From contig DYLM01000001.1 of the NCBI GenBank assembly GCA_020722095.1, positions 49,152 to 113,151 of the forward strand: DNA of 64,000 nt, read 5' to 3'. Under the pieces are notes generated by a model. That model was not told the origin of the DNA and searched no databases. It saw only the letters and a program-made list of their open reading frames with translations. The stretch comes from Chloroherpeton thalassium. Its GTDB lineage: Bacteria; Bacteroidota; Ignavibacteria; Kapaibacteriales; UBA2268. The translations under genes and the position numbers were made by a program. This document shows, piece by piece, positions 28,512 to 39,136 of this stretch (its first letter is position 1; each line of letters starts with the position of its first letter).

Positions 28512-31500
28512 CTACATTGTTAAATATTGATAGTTCTTGAAACAAGAAAGTTTTTTTAGTTCATTCATCTTGTTCAAGTTTATTTTATTATCATACGAAA
28601 TAAACTGATTAAAAGTTTTATTTTGTGAATTATCCAAACTAATTATTAACTTATAATTTCCTGTTGAATCAATTTCTAAAGTATCGCGAATTATTAACAA
28701 ATCTTCATTTGTTAATTTTGTTTCGTCCAAATTAATTACTATTCCAGAAGTGAATCTTTCTACTGTCTCGATAAAACTATATGCTTCGCTTACAACGATT
28801 TTAATTGAACTTTCGTCTGAAACATCTACTTTTCCAAAAACAGTTATTGTGGAGCTTTCTATCAATAAATGTTCAAACTTTGCATAAGCCTCACTCCAGA
28901 AAATACATTCAATTTTTCCGTAAAAATCTTCTACTATTGCAAAAGCAATCATTCTATTTTGCTTATCTCGCCTTGTGCGAACACTTGAAATAAGTCCGCA
29001 AAATCGAGTTTCGTTAGGTATTGAATCCACTTTTTCGAATTCTTCATCACTCATTTTAAATTTCGAGATTGTAGTATTCGAAAAAGATTTCACAATTTCA
29101 GAAAATTCTTTTAGTGGATGACCCGAAACATAGAAATTCAATACATCTTTCTCGTGGTCTAATCTTTCCCGCTCGCTCCATTCCTTTACATTTGGCAATT
29201 TAGGTTCAATGGCGGATTCTTGCTTGCCCATTGCAGCAAATAAATCTGTCATTCCTTCATTTTTTGATTGGGATTTTGCAAAATTTAACACATTATCAAT
29301 GGATTCAAACAATGCTCTACGCTTATTTCCCGATACAGAATCGAAAGCACCAGCAAAGATTAATCCTTCCAGAACTCTTCGATTTATATGTTTAGAATCA
29401 GTTCGTTTCACAAAATCAATGTAACTTTCGAATGGCTTCTCGCTCCTAACTTCCACAATATGCTCCACTGGTTTCACTCCAATTCCCTTTACTGCTGCCA
29501 ACCCGAAATAAATTGTATTACCTTTTACAGTAAATGCTGCTTCGGATTTATTTATGTCTGGAGGCAAAAGTTCAATTCCAAATGTTTTTGCTTCGTCAAT
29601 CAATTCAACAATAGTTTCTTGGCTATTTAATTCAGCAGTCATATTTGCCGCTAAAAATTCTGCAGGATAATGTGCCTTTAAATATGCAGTTTGGAATGCA
29701 ATATAAGAATAAACATACGAGTGAGATTTATTGAATCCGTAATCAGCAAACTTTTCAATTAATTCAAAAATTTCTAATGCAGTTTTTTGGTCGACTCCAT
29801 TAGATTTTGCCCCTTCCATAAACTTGGGTTTCATTTTATCAATTTCTGCTTTCTGTTTTTTACCCATAGCCCGCCTTAATATATCTGCTTCGCCAAGACT
29901 GAAATTAGCGATTCTTTGAACAAGTTGCATCACTTGCTCTTGATAAACGATAATGCCATAAGTGTTTTTCAACACACTTTCCATCAGAGGATGTAAATAT
30001 GTTATTTGTTGTTTGCCCAATTTTCTATCAATGAAACTTGGTATATTAGACATAGGACCTGGGCGATAAAGTGCATTCATCGCTGTTAAATCTTCAAGTG
30101 ATTGCGGTTTTAACTTTCTTAAGTATTCTTGCATTCCATTAGATTCAAACTGAAATACTGCTAAAGTTTTGCCTTCGCCTATTAAATCATAAGTTTTTTG
30201 GTCTTTTAAATCAACTTTGTCTATATCAACATCAATTCCTTTGTTTTTCTTAATTAATACAAGTGCTCTCTCAATAATGGATAATGTTCGCAAACCCAAA
30301 AAGTCCATTTTGATAACCCCCGCATCTTCCAAAAAATTCATTGTATATTGTGTTGCAATCGATACAGAATCGCCTGTTGCTTTGGTATTTTGAATAATCG
30401 GCACATAATCTATTGTATCGGTTGGGGTGATTACTACTCCAGCAGCGTGAGTGCCAATACTCCGATTTTTATCTTCTAAAATTAAAGAAAATTCAATTAA
30501 TTTTTTGATCTTTTCATCATTAGATTCTTTAACATATTTCAAGTCAGCAAGATTCATAGCATCTTTTAACTTCATCACTTTACCGAATTGAACGGGAATT
30601 TTAGCAGTCATTCTGTTAATTTCACTTAATGGGATGTTAAGAACTCTACCCACATCTTTAAGAACCATACGGCTTGAAAGCCTACCAAAAGTAGCAATTT
30701 GAGCCACTGATGAACTTCCATACTTCTCTTGACAATATTGAATCACTTGTTCTCGCTTTTCATCATCAAAATCAATATCAATATCGGGCATTGAAACTCT
30801 TTCGGGATTCAAAAACCTTTCAAATAGCAAATTACCTTCCAATGGATCCAAGCCTGTTATATCGAGTGCATAAGCAATGATACTTCCCGCAGCAGAGCCA
30901 CGCCCAGGTCCAACGCGTATTCCTCGCTTGCGAGAAGCACTTATAAAATCTTGCACAACTAAAAAGTAATTAGCAAATCCCATTTTTTTGATAATGCCAA
31001 GTTCATATTCCACTCTTTGTTTGATTTCATCGGTGATAACAGAATATTTTCTATTAATTCCTTTCCATACAATTTCCTCAAGATATTCATCAAAATTTGT
31101 TTTGTCAGATTCTTTTGGAATTGAAAAATCAGGCATATTAATTGGGAAACTTATCTTTAAATTACATTTATCTGCAATTTCCACTGTATTGGAAATTGCT
31201 TCGGGATATTCCTTAAACAAGGCTTTCATCTCTTCGGTACTTCGGAAATAAAATTCATCAGTCTTATAACGAAGTTTTGTAATATCCACTTGATCTGCAT
31301 TTGAAGAATTTGTGTCTTTAATCAATAGGAATAAGTTATGAGCCAAAGCGTGCTCTTTCTTCATATAGTGAATATCATTTGTAGCAATCATCTTAATTCC
31401 CAGTTCTTTGGCAATTTTGGGAACTTGATCTAAAATGATTTTATCTTCGATATAATTATGATCCTGCAATTCCAAATAAAAATCATCACCGAATAAATCC

Positions 31501-32000
31501 CGATAATATCTTGATTCGGCAACTGCTCTTTCGTAATTCCCATCAACTAAATGAGCAGAGACTACTCCACCAAGGCAAGCGCTTGCAACAATTAGCCCAT
31601 CTTTATATTTTTCCAGCAATTCTTTATCTATTCTTGGACGATAATAAAAACCTTCTGTGTGGGCATAACTCGTTAGTTTAACAAGATTTTTATAGCCTGT
31701 AACATCTTTGGCTAAAAGTAGGAGATGGAAGTAATTGCGTCTTCCCTCATTTTTTTTGGTTTGGATTCGGTCGAACCTGCTTCCGTTAGCAATATAAGCC
31801 TCCATACCAAAGAGTGGTTTGACGCCATTAGTTTTGGCAACTTTCTGAAATTCCATCAACCCAAACATTACTCCGTGATCAGTCAAGGCTATTGCACTCA
31901 TTCCATCTTGGGCTGCGGCTTTCACAAGTTCTTCGGGAGTTGCAATAGCATCAAGAATTGAGTAATGCGAGTGATTATGTAAATGTATAAATTCCGACAT
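28512..32000 (-). CDS. dnaE: DNA polymerase III alpha subunit
   Basis: 1162 aa. PHP domain N-terminus MSEFIHLHNHSHYSILDA. Confidence 0.95.
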   Translation of the reverse strand: MSEFIHLHNHSHYSILDAIATPEELVKAAAQDGMSAIALTDHGVMFGLMEFQKVAKTNGVKPLFGMEAYIANGSRFDRIQTKKNEGRRNYFHLLLLAKDVTGYKNLVKLTSYAHTEGFYYRPRIDKELLEKYKDGLIVASACLGGVVSAHLVDGNYERAVAESRYYRDLFGDDFYLELQDHNYIEDKIILDQVPKIAKELGIKMIATNDIHYMKKEHALAHNLFLLIKDTNSSNADQVDITKLRYKTDEFYFRSTEEMKALFKEYPEAISNTVEIADKCNLKISFPINMPDFSIPKESDKTNFDEYLEEIVWKGINRKYSVITDEIKQRVEYELGIIKKMGFANYFLVVQDFISASRKRGIRVGPGRGSAAGSIIAYALDITGLDPLEGNLLFERFLNPERVSMPDIDIDFDDEKREQVIQYCQEKYGSSSVAQIATFGRLSSRMVLKDVGRVLNIPLSEINRMTAKIPVQFGKVMKLKDAMNLADLKYVKESNDEKIKKLIEFSLILEDKNRSIGTHAAGVVITPTDTIDYVPIIQNTKATGDSVSIATQYTMNFLEDAGVIKMDFLGLRTLSIIERALVLIKKNKGIDVDIDKVDLKDQKTYDLIGEGKTLAVFQFESNGMQEYLRKLKPQSLEDLTAMNALYRPGPMSNIPSFIDRKLGKQQITYLHPLMESVLKNTYGIIVYQEQVMQLVQRIANFSLGEADILRRAMGKKQKAEIDKMKPKFMEGAKSNGVDQKTALEIFELIEKFADYGFNKSHSYVYSYIAFQTAYLKAHYPAEFLAANMTAELNSQETIVELIDEAKTFGIELLPPDINKSEAAFTVKGNTIYFGLAAVKGIGVKPVEHIVEVRSEKPFESYIDFVKRTDSKHINRRVLEGLIFAGAFDSVSGNKRRALFESIDNVLNFAKSQSKNEGMTDLFAAMGKQESAIEPKLPNVKEWSERERLDHEKDVLNFYVSGHPLKEFSEIVKSFSNTTISKFKMSDEEFEKVDSIPNETRFCGLISSVRTRRDKQNRMIAFAIVEDFYGKIECIFWSEAYAKFEHLLIESSTITVFGKVDVSDESSIKIVVSEAYSFIETVERFTSGIVINLDETKLTNEDLLIIRDTLEIDSTGNYKLIISLDNSQNKTFNQFISYDNKINLNKMNELKKLSCFKNYQYLTM

Positions 32001-32126
32001 TTTCGTTTTTGTTCAATTTTAAAAAACTAAAATAAAAAAACAAAAAATATAATAGATAATTTATTTTTCCACATTAATTTTGTAAGTTGAATTTTATTCA
32101 ATTTAACTAATTAAAAAAACGAGAAT

Positions 32127-33233
32127 TTGAAGAGAATATTAATAATATCCGGTGACACTTCTGGCGATATGCACGTTTCCAAAATTATGGCAAATCTTAA
32201 AGCAAGATTTGATGATATTGAATTTATCGGAATTGGCGGAGAGAATATGATTGCCCAAGGCTTACATAGTTTGGTAGATTTTTCCGAAATTGCTGTAATG
32301 GGTTTTTGGGAAGTAATAAAGAAACTAAACTTATTCCTAAAACTCAAAAAAGAAATAAAGAATATAATTGAAAACTCAAAAATTGATTTATTCTTGCCCG
32401 TAGATTATCCCGGATTTAATTTAGAAATTGCCAAAATAGCCAAACAAAACAATGTGCCTATTGTTTGGTTTATTGCACCACAATTATGGGCTTGGGGCAA
32501 GGACAGAGCAAAGAAATTGCAGAATAATTTAGATAAATTACTTTGTGTTTTACCATTTGAAGAAGCATTTTTTCAAAACTATAATATTGATACAAAATAT
32601 GCAGGTCATCCTTTAATCGAGAGTATTGGCTATGACTTTATCCCCAAAACTTTTGATGAAAGGGAGGATAAAATACTACTGATGCCCGGCAGTCGCAAGC
32701 AAGAAATTAATATGCACTTGCCTACTATTTTGGATTGGGCGAAAGATTTTAAACAGAATAATTCAAAGTATGATTTGGTATTTGCTTTGCCAAATCATAT
32801 CAAGCCATTTGTTATTGAACATTACCCCAAAATCCAAAATTATGAGATTTCTAATAATTCACAAGAATTGATGAAAAAAGTAAAATTTGGAATTATAAAG
32901 TCAGGAACTGCTAATTTGGAAGCAACTTTGCTTGGCTTGCCTTTCATTATGTTCTATAAAACATCGCATTTCAATTATTATGTTGGAAAAGGAATGGTAA
33001 ATGTTGATTATTTCTCAATAACCAATATTTTAGCCAATAAGCAAGTAATACCCGAACTTATTCAATATGATTTCAACAAGAATAATATCAATGATGCTAC
33101 TGATAAGTTGATTAATAATAGAGAAATTTATAGCAAAACACAAGCAGATTTTATTGAAATAAAACAACTTTTGACTGACAAAAAGGCTTCTTATTTTGTG
33201 GCTGATGAAATTATTAAATTTTTAAGTAAGTGA
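32127..33233 (+). CDS. lpxB: lipid-A-disaccharide synthase
   Basis: 368 aa. MKRILIISGDTSGDMH N-terminus. Confidence 0.85.
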   Translation: MKRILIISGDTSGDMHVSKIMANLKARFDDIEFIGIGGENMIAQGLHSLVDFSEIAVMGFWEVIKKLNLFLKLKKEIKNIIENSKIDLFLPVDYPGFNLEIAKIAKQNNVPIVWFIAPQLWAWGKDRAKKLQNNLDKLLCVLPFEEAFFQNYNIDTKYAGHPLIESIGYDFIPKTFDEREDKILLMPGSRKQEINMHLPTILDWAKDFKQNNSKYDLVFALPNHIKPFVIEHYPKIQNYEISNNSQELMKKVKFGIIKSGTANLEATLLGLPFIMFYKTSHFNYYVGKGMVNVDYFSITNILANKQVIPELIQYDFNKNNINDATDKLINNREIYSKTQADFIEIKQLLTDKKASYFVADEIIKFLSK

Positions 33234-33817
33234 TGAAGAAAAAGGAAATTCTGGGCAAAATCGCAGTCTGGTTATTGAATTTTGTAAGTAAAACTTGGAG
33301 ATATAAATTCACGGGCACTCTGCCAACAAGTCCGAGCATTATCATTTTTTGGCACGAGTCATTATTAGCAAGTTGGAAGTTTTTATCTAAATTCAAACCA
33401 ATTGCTGTTGTAAGCCCGAGTAAAGATGGCGAATTGCTAACAAAATTGCTGGCAAAATGGGATTATAAATTTATTCGTGGATCATCGGATAAACAAAGCA
33501 AACAAGTTATGCAAGATATTCAAGAAATGGCAAAAGAAAATATTGTGACCATCACTCCCGATGGTCCAAGAGGACCAAAACGCAAGCTAAAAGCAGGTGC
33601 TGTAGTTGCTGCGTATCGCTCCCAAGTTCCAATGCAATTTGCTACTATTAGTTGCAAGTATATGTTTATATTCAAAAAAAGTTGGGATAATTTTCAAATT
33701 CCTTTGCCTTTTTCAAAAATTTTTATTAATTTAAGTTCTCCGATTTCGATAAATGCAAATTCGGAAAGAACAGATATTGATTATATTATTCAAAACATTG
33801 AAAGTAAAATGCAATGA
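33230..33817 (+). CDS. DUF374 / lysophospholipid-acyltransferase-like protein
   Basis: 195 aa. Overlaps lpxB and lpxK by 4 bp on each side, suggesting a translationally coupled operon. Confidence 0.6.
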   Translation: MMKKKEILGKIAVWLLNFVSKTWRYKFTGTLPTSPSIIIFWHESLLASWKFLSKFKPIAVVSPSKDGELLTKLLAKWDYKFIRGSSDKQSKQVMQDIQEMAKENIVTITPDGPRGPKRKLKAGAVVAAYRSQVPMQFATISCKYMFIFKKSWDNFQIPLPFSKIFINLSSPISINANSERTDIDYIIQNIESKMQ

Positions 33818-34845
33818 TTGAAAGACTTACAAATATTCTTTGGCAAGCAGGAGTTTCGGTAAGAAATTCACGATTTGACAAAGCGGATACTTATATGATT
33901 GATGAGCTTCCAACAATCAAGGAAAAATATTTCAAAGTTCAAGCAGATGCATTTGTAATTAGTATTGGCAATATTTCTATGGGAGGAGTTGGTAAAACAC
34001 CTTTTATTATTACTTTGATTAATGAGTTTTTAAATGACCAAAATTATAAAATTGCTGTTATAACAAAAGGATACAAACGAAAAATCAAGAAGAATCTGAT
34101 TATTACAAATGAAACGATTGAGAATTACACTATTGATGAATACGGTGATGAGCCATATTATGTTCATCAAATTTGCCAAGTTCCTGTGGCAGTTACTTTC
34201 AAAAAATACGAAGGGTTATATTTACTACAAAAGGAAATTAACCCTGATATTGTTGTAATTGATGATGGCTTCCAACATCGCTGGATTGAACGCGATTTAG
34301 ACATTGTTATTCTTGATGAATATTCTATTAATCAAAAATATTTTCCTCCTTTCGGTAGAATGAGAGAATCGTTATTAGCCTTGAAAAGAGCGGATATCAT
34401 CTTGATACCTGATTATCTTGAACGTCACTCAAGAATTCAGGAATTTGGATATAAATTTATTAGATTTAATATTATTTCCAAATACCCTGAATTAATTGTT
34501 AATGGTTCCGAAACTCAAACTGACAAATTTTATGCCTTCTCTGGCATTGCTAATCCTGAAAGATTTATCAACACCTTAACTAATCATAATCTGAAAATTA
34601 TCAATCAAAAATTCTATTCTGACCATCAAAATTACACAATCCAAGATGTAAATTATCTAATAAATTTTGCAAAGAAAAATCAATGCAATTTAATAACTAC
34701 TGAAAAAGACTATGTTAAATTAATACAATTTGAAGGCAACTTTCTTGCTGAGAAAATTAATTTGTTTGTTCAAAAAATTCATTTTAATATTATTGACAAA
34801 CATTTACTTTACAATTTTTTAAATCAAAAAATTAAAACATTATGA
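33814..34845 (+). CDS. lpxK: tetraacyldisaccharide 4'-kinase
   Basis: 343 aa. P-loop GNISMGGVGKTP. Confidence 0.85.
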   Translation: MIERLTNILWQAGVSVRNSRFDKADTYMIDELPTIKEKYFKVQADAFVISIGNISMGGVGKTPFIITLINEFLNDQNYKIAVITKGYKRKIKKNLIITNETIENYTIDEYGDEPYYVHQICQVPVAVTFKKYEGLYLLQKEINPDIVVIDDGFQHRWIERDLDIVILDEYSINQKYFPPFGRMRESLLALKRADIILIPDYLERHSRIQEFGYKFIRFNIISKYPELIVNGSETQTDKFYAFSGIANPERFINTLTNHNLKIINQKFYSDHQNYTIQDVNYLINFAKKNQCNLITTEKDYVKLIQFEGNFLAEKINLFVQKIHFNIIDKHLLYNFLNQKIKTL

Positions 34846-35639
34846 AACTTATATTCAAAACGATACTTGCATTATTGGCAATTATAATTTTTTCTTCTTG
34901 CCAATCCGAAAAATCTACCCATCTAACAATTGGAATATCTAAAGTAATTGGTGGGGCAGGTTATTTGCAATATACAACCTGGTTAAAAAGTTTAGATTCA
35001 ACATTGGAAATTGTGAATTTTTACGGACTTTCGTTGGATAGTGCCAGCAAACTATTAGAAAAGTGCGATGGATTGTTGCTATCTGGGGGGCCAGATGTGC
35101 ATCCAAATTTTTATGGGAAACCCGAATACGACTCGCTTTGCGAAATTGATAATTATCGTGACACTTTGGAATTTGCATTGATAAAATCTGCATTGGATAA
35201 AAAAATGCCTATTTTGGGAATTTGCAGAGGATTTCAAATACTTAATGTGGCACTCGGTGGTCAACTCTATGCTGATATTCCAACTCAATTAAGTCAAAGC
35301 GTTAATCATAGATGTGAAAACAAAGATAGTTGCCTTCACAAAATTAGCTTTATCGCTTTTGATGACAATTTTGATTTTATGAAGAAGCATTTAAATAATA
35401 TAATAGTAAATAGCAATCACCACCAAGGTGTTAGTTATCTCGCTAAAGAACTGCAACCACTTGCAATAAGCGATGATGGATTGATTGAGGCTTTCTCTTG
35501 GAAAAATCAAACCGATAAGTCATTTATGATAGCAGTGCAATGGCATCCAGAAAGATTATCCAAGATTAACCCATATTTGTCGGATAGTTTGGGTATTCGT
35601 TTCTTGAATGCTTCAAAAATATTCAAAGAATCAAAATGA
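34842..35639 (+). CDS. class I glutamine amidotransferase-like / gamma-glutamyl hydrolase (peptidase C26 family) lipoprotein
   Basis: 265 aa. Lipobox IIFSSCQ; catalytic GICRGFQ; His near WHPE. Confidence 0.7.
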   Translation: MKLIFKTILALLAIIIFSSCQSEKSTHLTIGISKVIGGAGYLQYTTWLKSLDSTLEIVNFYGLSLDSASKLLEKCDGLLLSGGPDVHPNFYGKPEYDSLCEIDNYRDTLEFALIKSALDKKMPILGICRGFQILNVALGGQLYADIPTQLSQSVNHRCENKDSCLHKISFIAFDDNFDFMKKHLNNIIVNSNHHQGVSYLAKELQPLAISDDGLIEAFSWKNQTDKSFMIAVQWHPERLSKINPYLSDSLGIRFLNASKIFKESK

Positions 35640-35683
35640 AACAAATTCATTTTCGTTTTATTTTATAGAAAAAAATTATTATT

Positions 35684-36307
35684 ATGAATTTGAAAAATAA
35701 AATTTTATTCACAACCGCATTTGTTGTTGTATTTTCCCTGATTTTTTCTGCTTGTTCGGTTATTGAAACCGCTACAAATCTACAGAAATTAAAATTCAAG
35801 ATTTCGGGCGTTAATGATTTCAGATTAATGAATGTATCTTTATCAGGCAAAACAAGCATCTCCGATTTAAGTTGGAGCGATGCCTTAAAACTGAAAGATT
35901 TATTAACATTTAAATCATTTCCAGTTTCTTTTGTGCTGAATTTAGATGCACTAAATCCAAATGATGGAAAAACAACCCCAATTAAAAGTGATGCAACCAT
36001 AACAGGAATGGAATGGAGGCTGCTGATTGATGATGTGCAAACTATTTCGGGTAATATAAACTCCCCTATTTCGATTCCCTCTACTGGACAATCAATTACA
36101 ATACCAATTAAAATGGAATTAGATTTATACAAATTCTTTTCAGATAGAAATTATGATAAATTGATTGATCTTGCTCTTGCTCTTGGAGGTATGAACAAAG
36201 ATTTAACGAGAGTTAAATTGGATATTCGCCCAACTGTAAAAACAATGTTTGGCAATATTACATATCCAGGTTGGATTACTGCTGTGAACAAAACATATTC
36301 TAATTAA
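35684..36307 (+). CDS. hypothetical lipoprotein
   Basis: 207 aa. Signal peptide plus lipobox FSACS. Confidence 0.5.
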   Translation: MNLKNKILFTTAFVVVFSLIFSACSVIETATNLQKLKFKISGVNDFRLMNVSLSGKTSISDLSWSDALKLKDLLTFKSFPVSFVLNLDALNPNDGKTTPIKSDATITGMEWRLLIDDVQTISGNINSPISIPSTGQSITIPIKMELDLYKFFSDRNYDKLIDLALALGGMNKDLTRVKLDIRPTVKTMFGNITYPGWITAVNKTYSN

Positions 36308-36326
36308 TCGAGGCTTGCACTAAAAA

Positions 36327-37361
36327 ATGGAGATTGGTTTATGTCTGTTCTTTGCTTCAATCGCTCTTTTCCTTGCGTTTATTTCGGGGGTACTTACTTC
36401 TCTTACTAAAGAAGAAATCAACGTTTTAAACGAAATTAATCTCGATAAAGGAAAGAAAATTCAAAAGATTTATTCTCAATTTGACAAAGACATTAATGAG
36501 TTTCAACTTTTTGAATTTCTTTTTGCTTCTTTTTCGATTGCTTCCGCTTTAATATTTATTTTAAATACTTTCCGTGGTTATTATATTGAATATTATTTCA
36601 CTTTACTTGCTGTTTTGATTTATTATTTTTTTCATCATATTTTATTTGCTTATGGCGAAAAGAAATCAAACAAATATATTATGAAATTTGTTAATCCTAT
36701 TCACTTTATCTTGATTCTTACAACTCCATTTGTGATTTTAATCAATAAATTATCCCAAAGCATCAAAGGCAAAACTGATGAAGAAGAACAAATCAACGAA
36801 ATTGTTGAAATGTTCGAATCAGCACGAGACGAAGGTGCTCTTGATGATGGTGAATATAGATTACTTAAGAACATTATGAATTTTTCTGATGTTCTCGTAA
36901 TGGATGTAATGACCCCAAGAACCGTGATTTTTAGTTGCCCCGCCAACGAAACAATTCAAAATGTGATTAACAACCCTGGATTGCAGACTTATTCACGTTT
37001 TCCAATTTGGGAAGGCGAAAATTTAGATGGTAAAATTGCTGGTTATGTTATGACTAAGGACGTGTTCAAAGCGGCATTAACAAATCAAATAGATTTACCA
37101 TTAAAAGCATTTGCTCGTGATATTTACATTATCCCCGAAACAGCCTCGCTCAATGTTGCATTAGAAAAATTCCTAAAACGCAGACAACATATTTTTGTGG
37201 CTGTTGATGAATACGGCGGTGTAAGCGGATTAATAACTATGGAAGATGTGATGGAAACAATACTTGGTGCTGAAATTATGGATGAAGCGGATAAGGTACA
37301 GGATTTACGAAAACTTGCTTCCGAAAAACGAGACCAAAGAATAAGTCAATATGATAGATAA
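36327..37361 (+). CDS. CNNM/DUF21 transmembrane domain plus CBS-pair protein (CorC/HlyC-type ion-transport mediator)
   Basis: 344 aa. N-terminal multi-transmembrane domain followed by tandem CBS domains. Confidence 0.75.
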   Translation: MEIGLCLFFASIALFLAFISGVLTSLTKEEINVLNEINLDKGKKIQKIYSQFDKDINEFQLFEFLFASFSIASALIFILNTFRGYYIEYYFTLLAVLIYYFFHHILFAYGEKKSNKYIMKFVNPIHFILILTTPFVILINKLSQSIKGKTDEEEQINEIVEMFESARDEGALDDGEYRLLKNIMNFSDVLVMDVMTPRTVIFSCPANETIQNVINNPGLQTYSRFPIWEGENLDGKIAGYVMTKDVFKAALTNQIDLPLKAFARDIYIIPETASLNVALEKFLKRRQHIFVAVDEYGGVSGLITMEDVMETILGAEIMDEADKVQDLRKLASEKRDQRISQYDR

Positions 37362-37448
37362 AAAAATGTAAATTATGGAACAATTTACTTGTTAATTTAA
37401 TTTTTTTTCGTAATTTTGTATTCTAATTTTTAGATGTTCTAAAATAAT

Positions 37449-37525
37449 CGAAGCGTAGCGCAGCCCGGTAGCGCATCTGGTTTGGGACCAGAGGGCCGGA
37501 GGTTCGAATCCTCTCGCTTCGACCA
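37449..37525 (+). tRNA. tRNA-Pro (anticodon UGG)
   Basis: Manual fold: acceptor CGAAGCG/CGCUUCG; D arm GCGC-AGCCCGGUA-GCGC; anticodon arm UCUGG-UUUGGGA-CCAGA; T arm GGAGG-UUCGAAU-CCUCU; discriminator A plus an encoded CCA. Confidence 0.85.
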
Positions 37526-37659
37526 TTTCTTAAATTTTCCGATATTTTCTTTAACTATTTGTATAAATCATAATAATTTTTTATTTATTATCAAAAGTAA
37601 ATTACTATTTTTGTATTAATTATTCTTTAATAAAATAACAAAATAAAAGGACAAAAAAA

Positions 37660-38868
37660 ATGTCTGAAATCAAAAAAATTGGAATTATCACTTCTGGTGG
37701 TGATTGTGGTGGATTGAATGCTGTAATTATTGGAGCAGCACGAATGGCAAATCATCTGGGAATAGAAGCAACACTCATACCTAATGGTTATGCTGGTTTA
37801 TATAATTTGGATAAGTTAGATTTAGTAACTATTGATACGGTCCGTGCCGACAAAATTCATTCGGGTATTGCTGGCTCGGAAGCTGGACACTCCCGCGTAA
37901 AAATTAGCAAAATTAAGGATCCAAATAAATACGATAAAATTAAAGCAGGATTAAAGAAACACGGTATTGATGGATTAGTTATCGCTGGTGGAGATGATAC
38001 TGGTTCGGTTGTGGTTGATTTATCCAAACAAGGCATCAAGTGCGTTCACGTTCCCAAAACAATGGATTTAGACCTTCAAACTTATTCTGTGGGTGGCGAT
38101 TCCACAATTAATAGAATTTCCAAATTTACTGATGAATTAAGAACAACAGGCATTACACACAATCGTGCTTTAATAATTGAAGTATTTGGTAGATATGCTG
38201 GACATACTGCTTTTCGTGGTGGTTTAGGAGCAGATGCAGATGCAATTCTTATTCCTGAAGTTGAAGTAGATTACAAAGTACTTTACGAACATTTCAAAGA
38301 AAAATATATCGAAAGATTAGTTTCCAGCGATGTGAAAGGTGCTACTTATATTATTGTTGCTGCCGAAGGACTCAAGAATAAAGACGGACAATACTTTACT
38401 GATGATGCTGGACAAGATTCGTTTGGTCATCAGAAATTATCTGGTGTTGGAAAATTTATCCGTAGGCAATTAGAAGGCTATATGCAAAAGGATCCTATTT
38501 GGCAAGAAGTTCTGAAGAACGAAGGAATTTTTGTTGAAGGAATTTATGAATATCCAGAAATTCGCGAAGTATCTCTTGGGCATTTAGTTCGTGCAGGAGC
38601 AACAAGTTCTTATGATGTTACTTTTGGCAAGCAAACAGGCGGAGCAGGTGTATATTTGATGAATAATGGGATTTTTGGGGTTACTGTTGTGGGGGTTGAA
38701 TCATCGGAAATCACATATATTTCTACTGAAGAAGCAATCAAACAAAGATATGTAGATTTAGACGAAATCTCATTCCACGAAGCAATGGGAGTTTGTTTCG
38801 GTCGCGATCCAATAGAATATAATGTATCATTCAAGGAACATCAAGGCAAAATCCACAGGTATATGTAA
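37660..38868 (+). CDS. pfp: 6-phosphofructokinase, predicted pyrophosphate-dependent
   Basis: 402 aa. IAGGDDTG (Asp where ATP-PFKs have Gly, cf. GGDGS) and PKTMDLD (Lys as in PPi-PFK PKTIDND). Confidence 0.75.
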   Translation: MSEIKKIGIITSGGDCGGLNAVIIGAARMANHLGIEATLIPNGYAGLYNLDKLDLVTIDTVRADKIHSGIAGSEAGHSRVKISKIKDPNKYDKIKAGLKKHGIDGLVIAGGDDTGSVVVDLSKQGIKCVHVPKTMDLDLQTYSVGGDSTINRISKFTDELRTTGITHNRALIIEVFGRYAGHTAFRGGLGADADAILIPEVEVDYKVLYEHFKEKYIERLVSSDVKGATYIIVAAEGLKNKDGQYFTDDAGQDSFGHQKLSGVGKFIRRQLEGYMQKDPIWQEVLKNEGIFVEGIYEYPEIREVSLGHLVRAGATSSYDVTFGKQTGGAGVYLMNNGIFGVTVVGVESSEITYISTEEAIKQRYVDLDEISFHEAMGVCFGRDPIEYNVSFKEHQGKIHRYM

Positions 38869-39007
38869 TAAGTCGAAGTTTTTCTTGTAATACTAAAAAA
38901 ACAAGAATTTTTTATCAATCAACTTTTTTCTAATTTATTGTTAAGTGCTCTCCTGCCAAAAGTTGAATAAAAAAAGTGATATTGTTTACTTCAGTTATTC
39001 GAATAAG

Positions 39008-39136
39008 AGGCTGTCTCATAAGTCAGTTTTTCTGTCATTCCCACGAAAGTGGGAATCTATAAATCCGCTCTGGCAGTGGATCCCCGTTTGCACGGGAATG
39101 ACACTTGTGAAATATTTTGGACTTATGAGACAGCCT
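39008..39136. mobile_element. minimal MITE-like element (129 bp) with perfect 17-bp terminal inverted repeats AGGCTGTCTCATAAGTC
   Basis: Two internal GNRA hairpins in opposite orientation: GUCAUUCCCACGAAAGUGGGAAUC and GAUCCCCGUUUGCACGGGAAUGAC. Confidence 0.75.

Noticed and set aside
36327-37361. 'Hemolysin' toxin call for the CBS-domain protein
   Set aside because: The architecture is DUF21/CNNM plus a CBS pair, the CorC-type ion-transport mediator family. Historical 'hemolysin' labels for this family are not supported.
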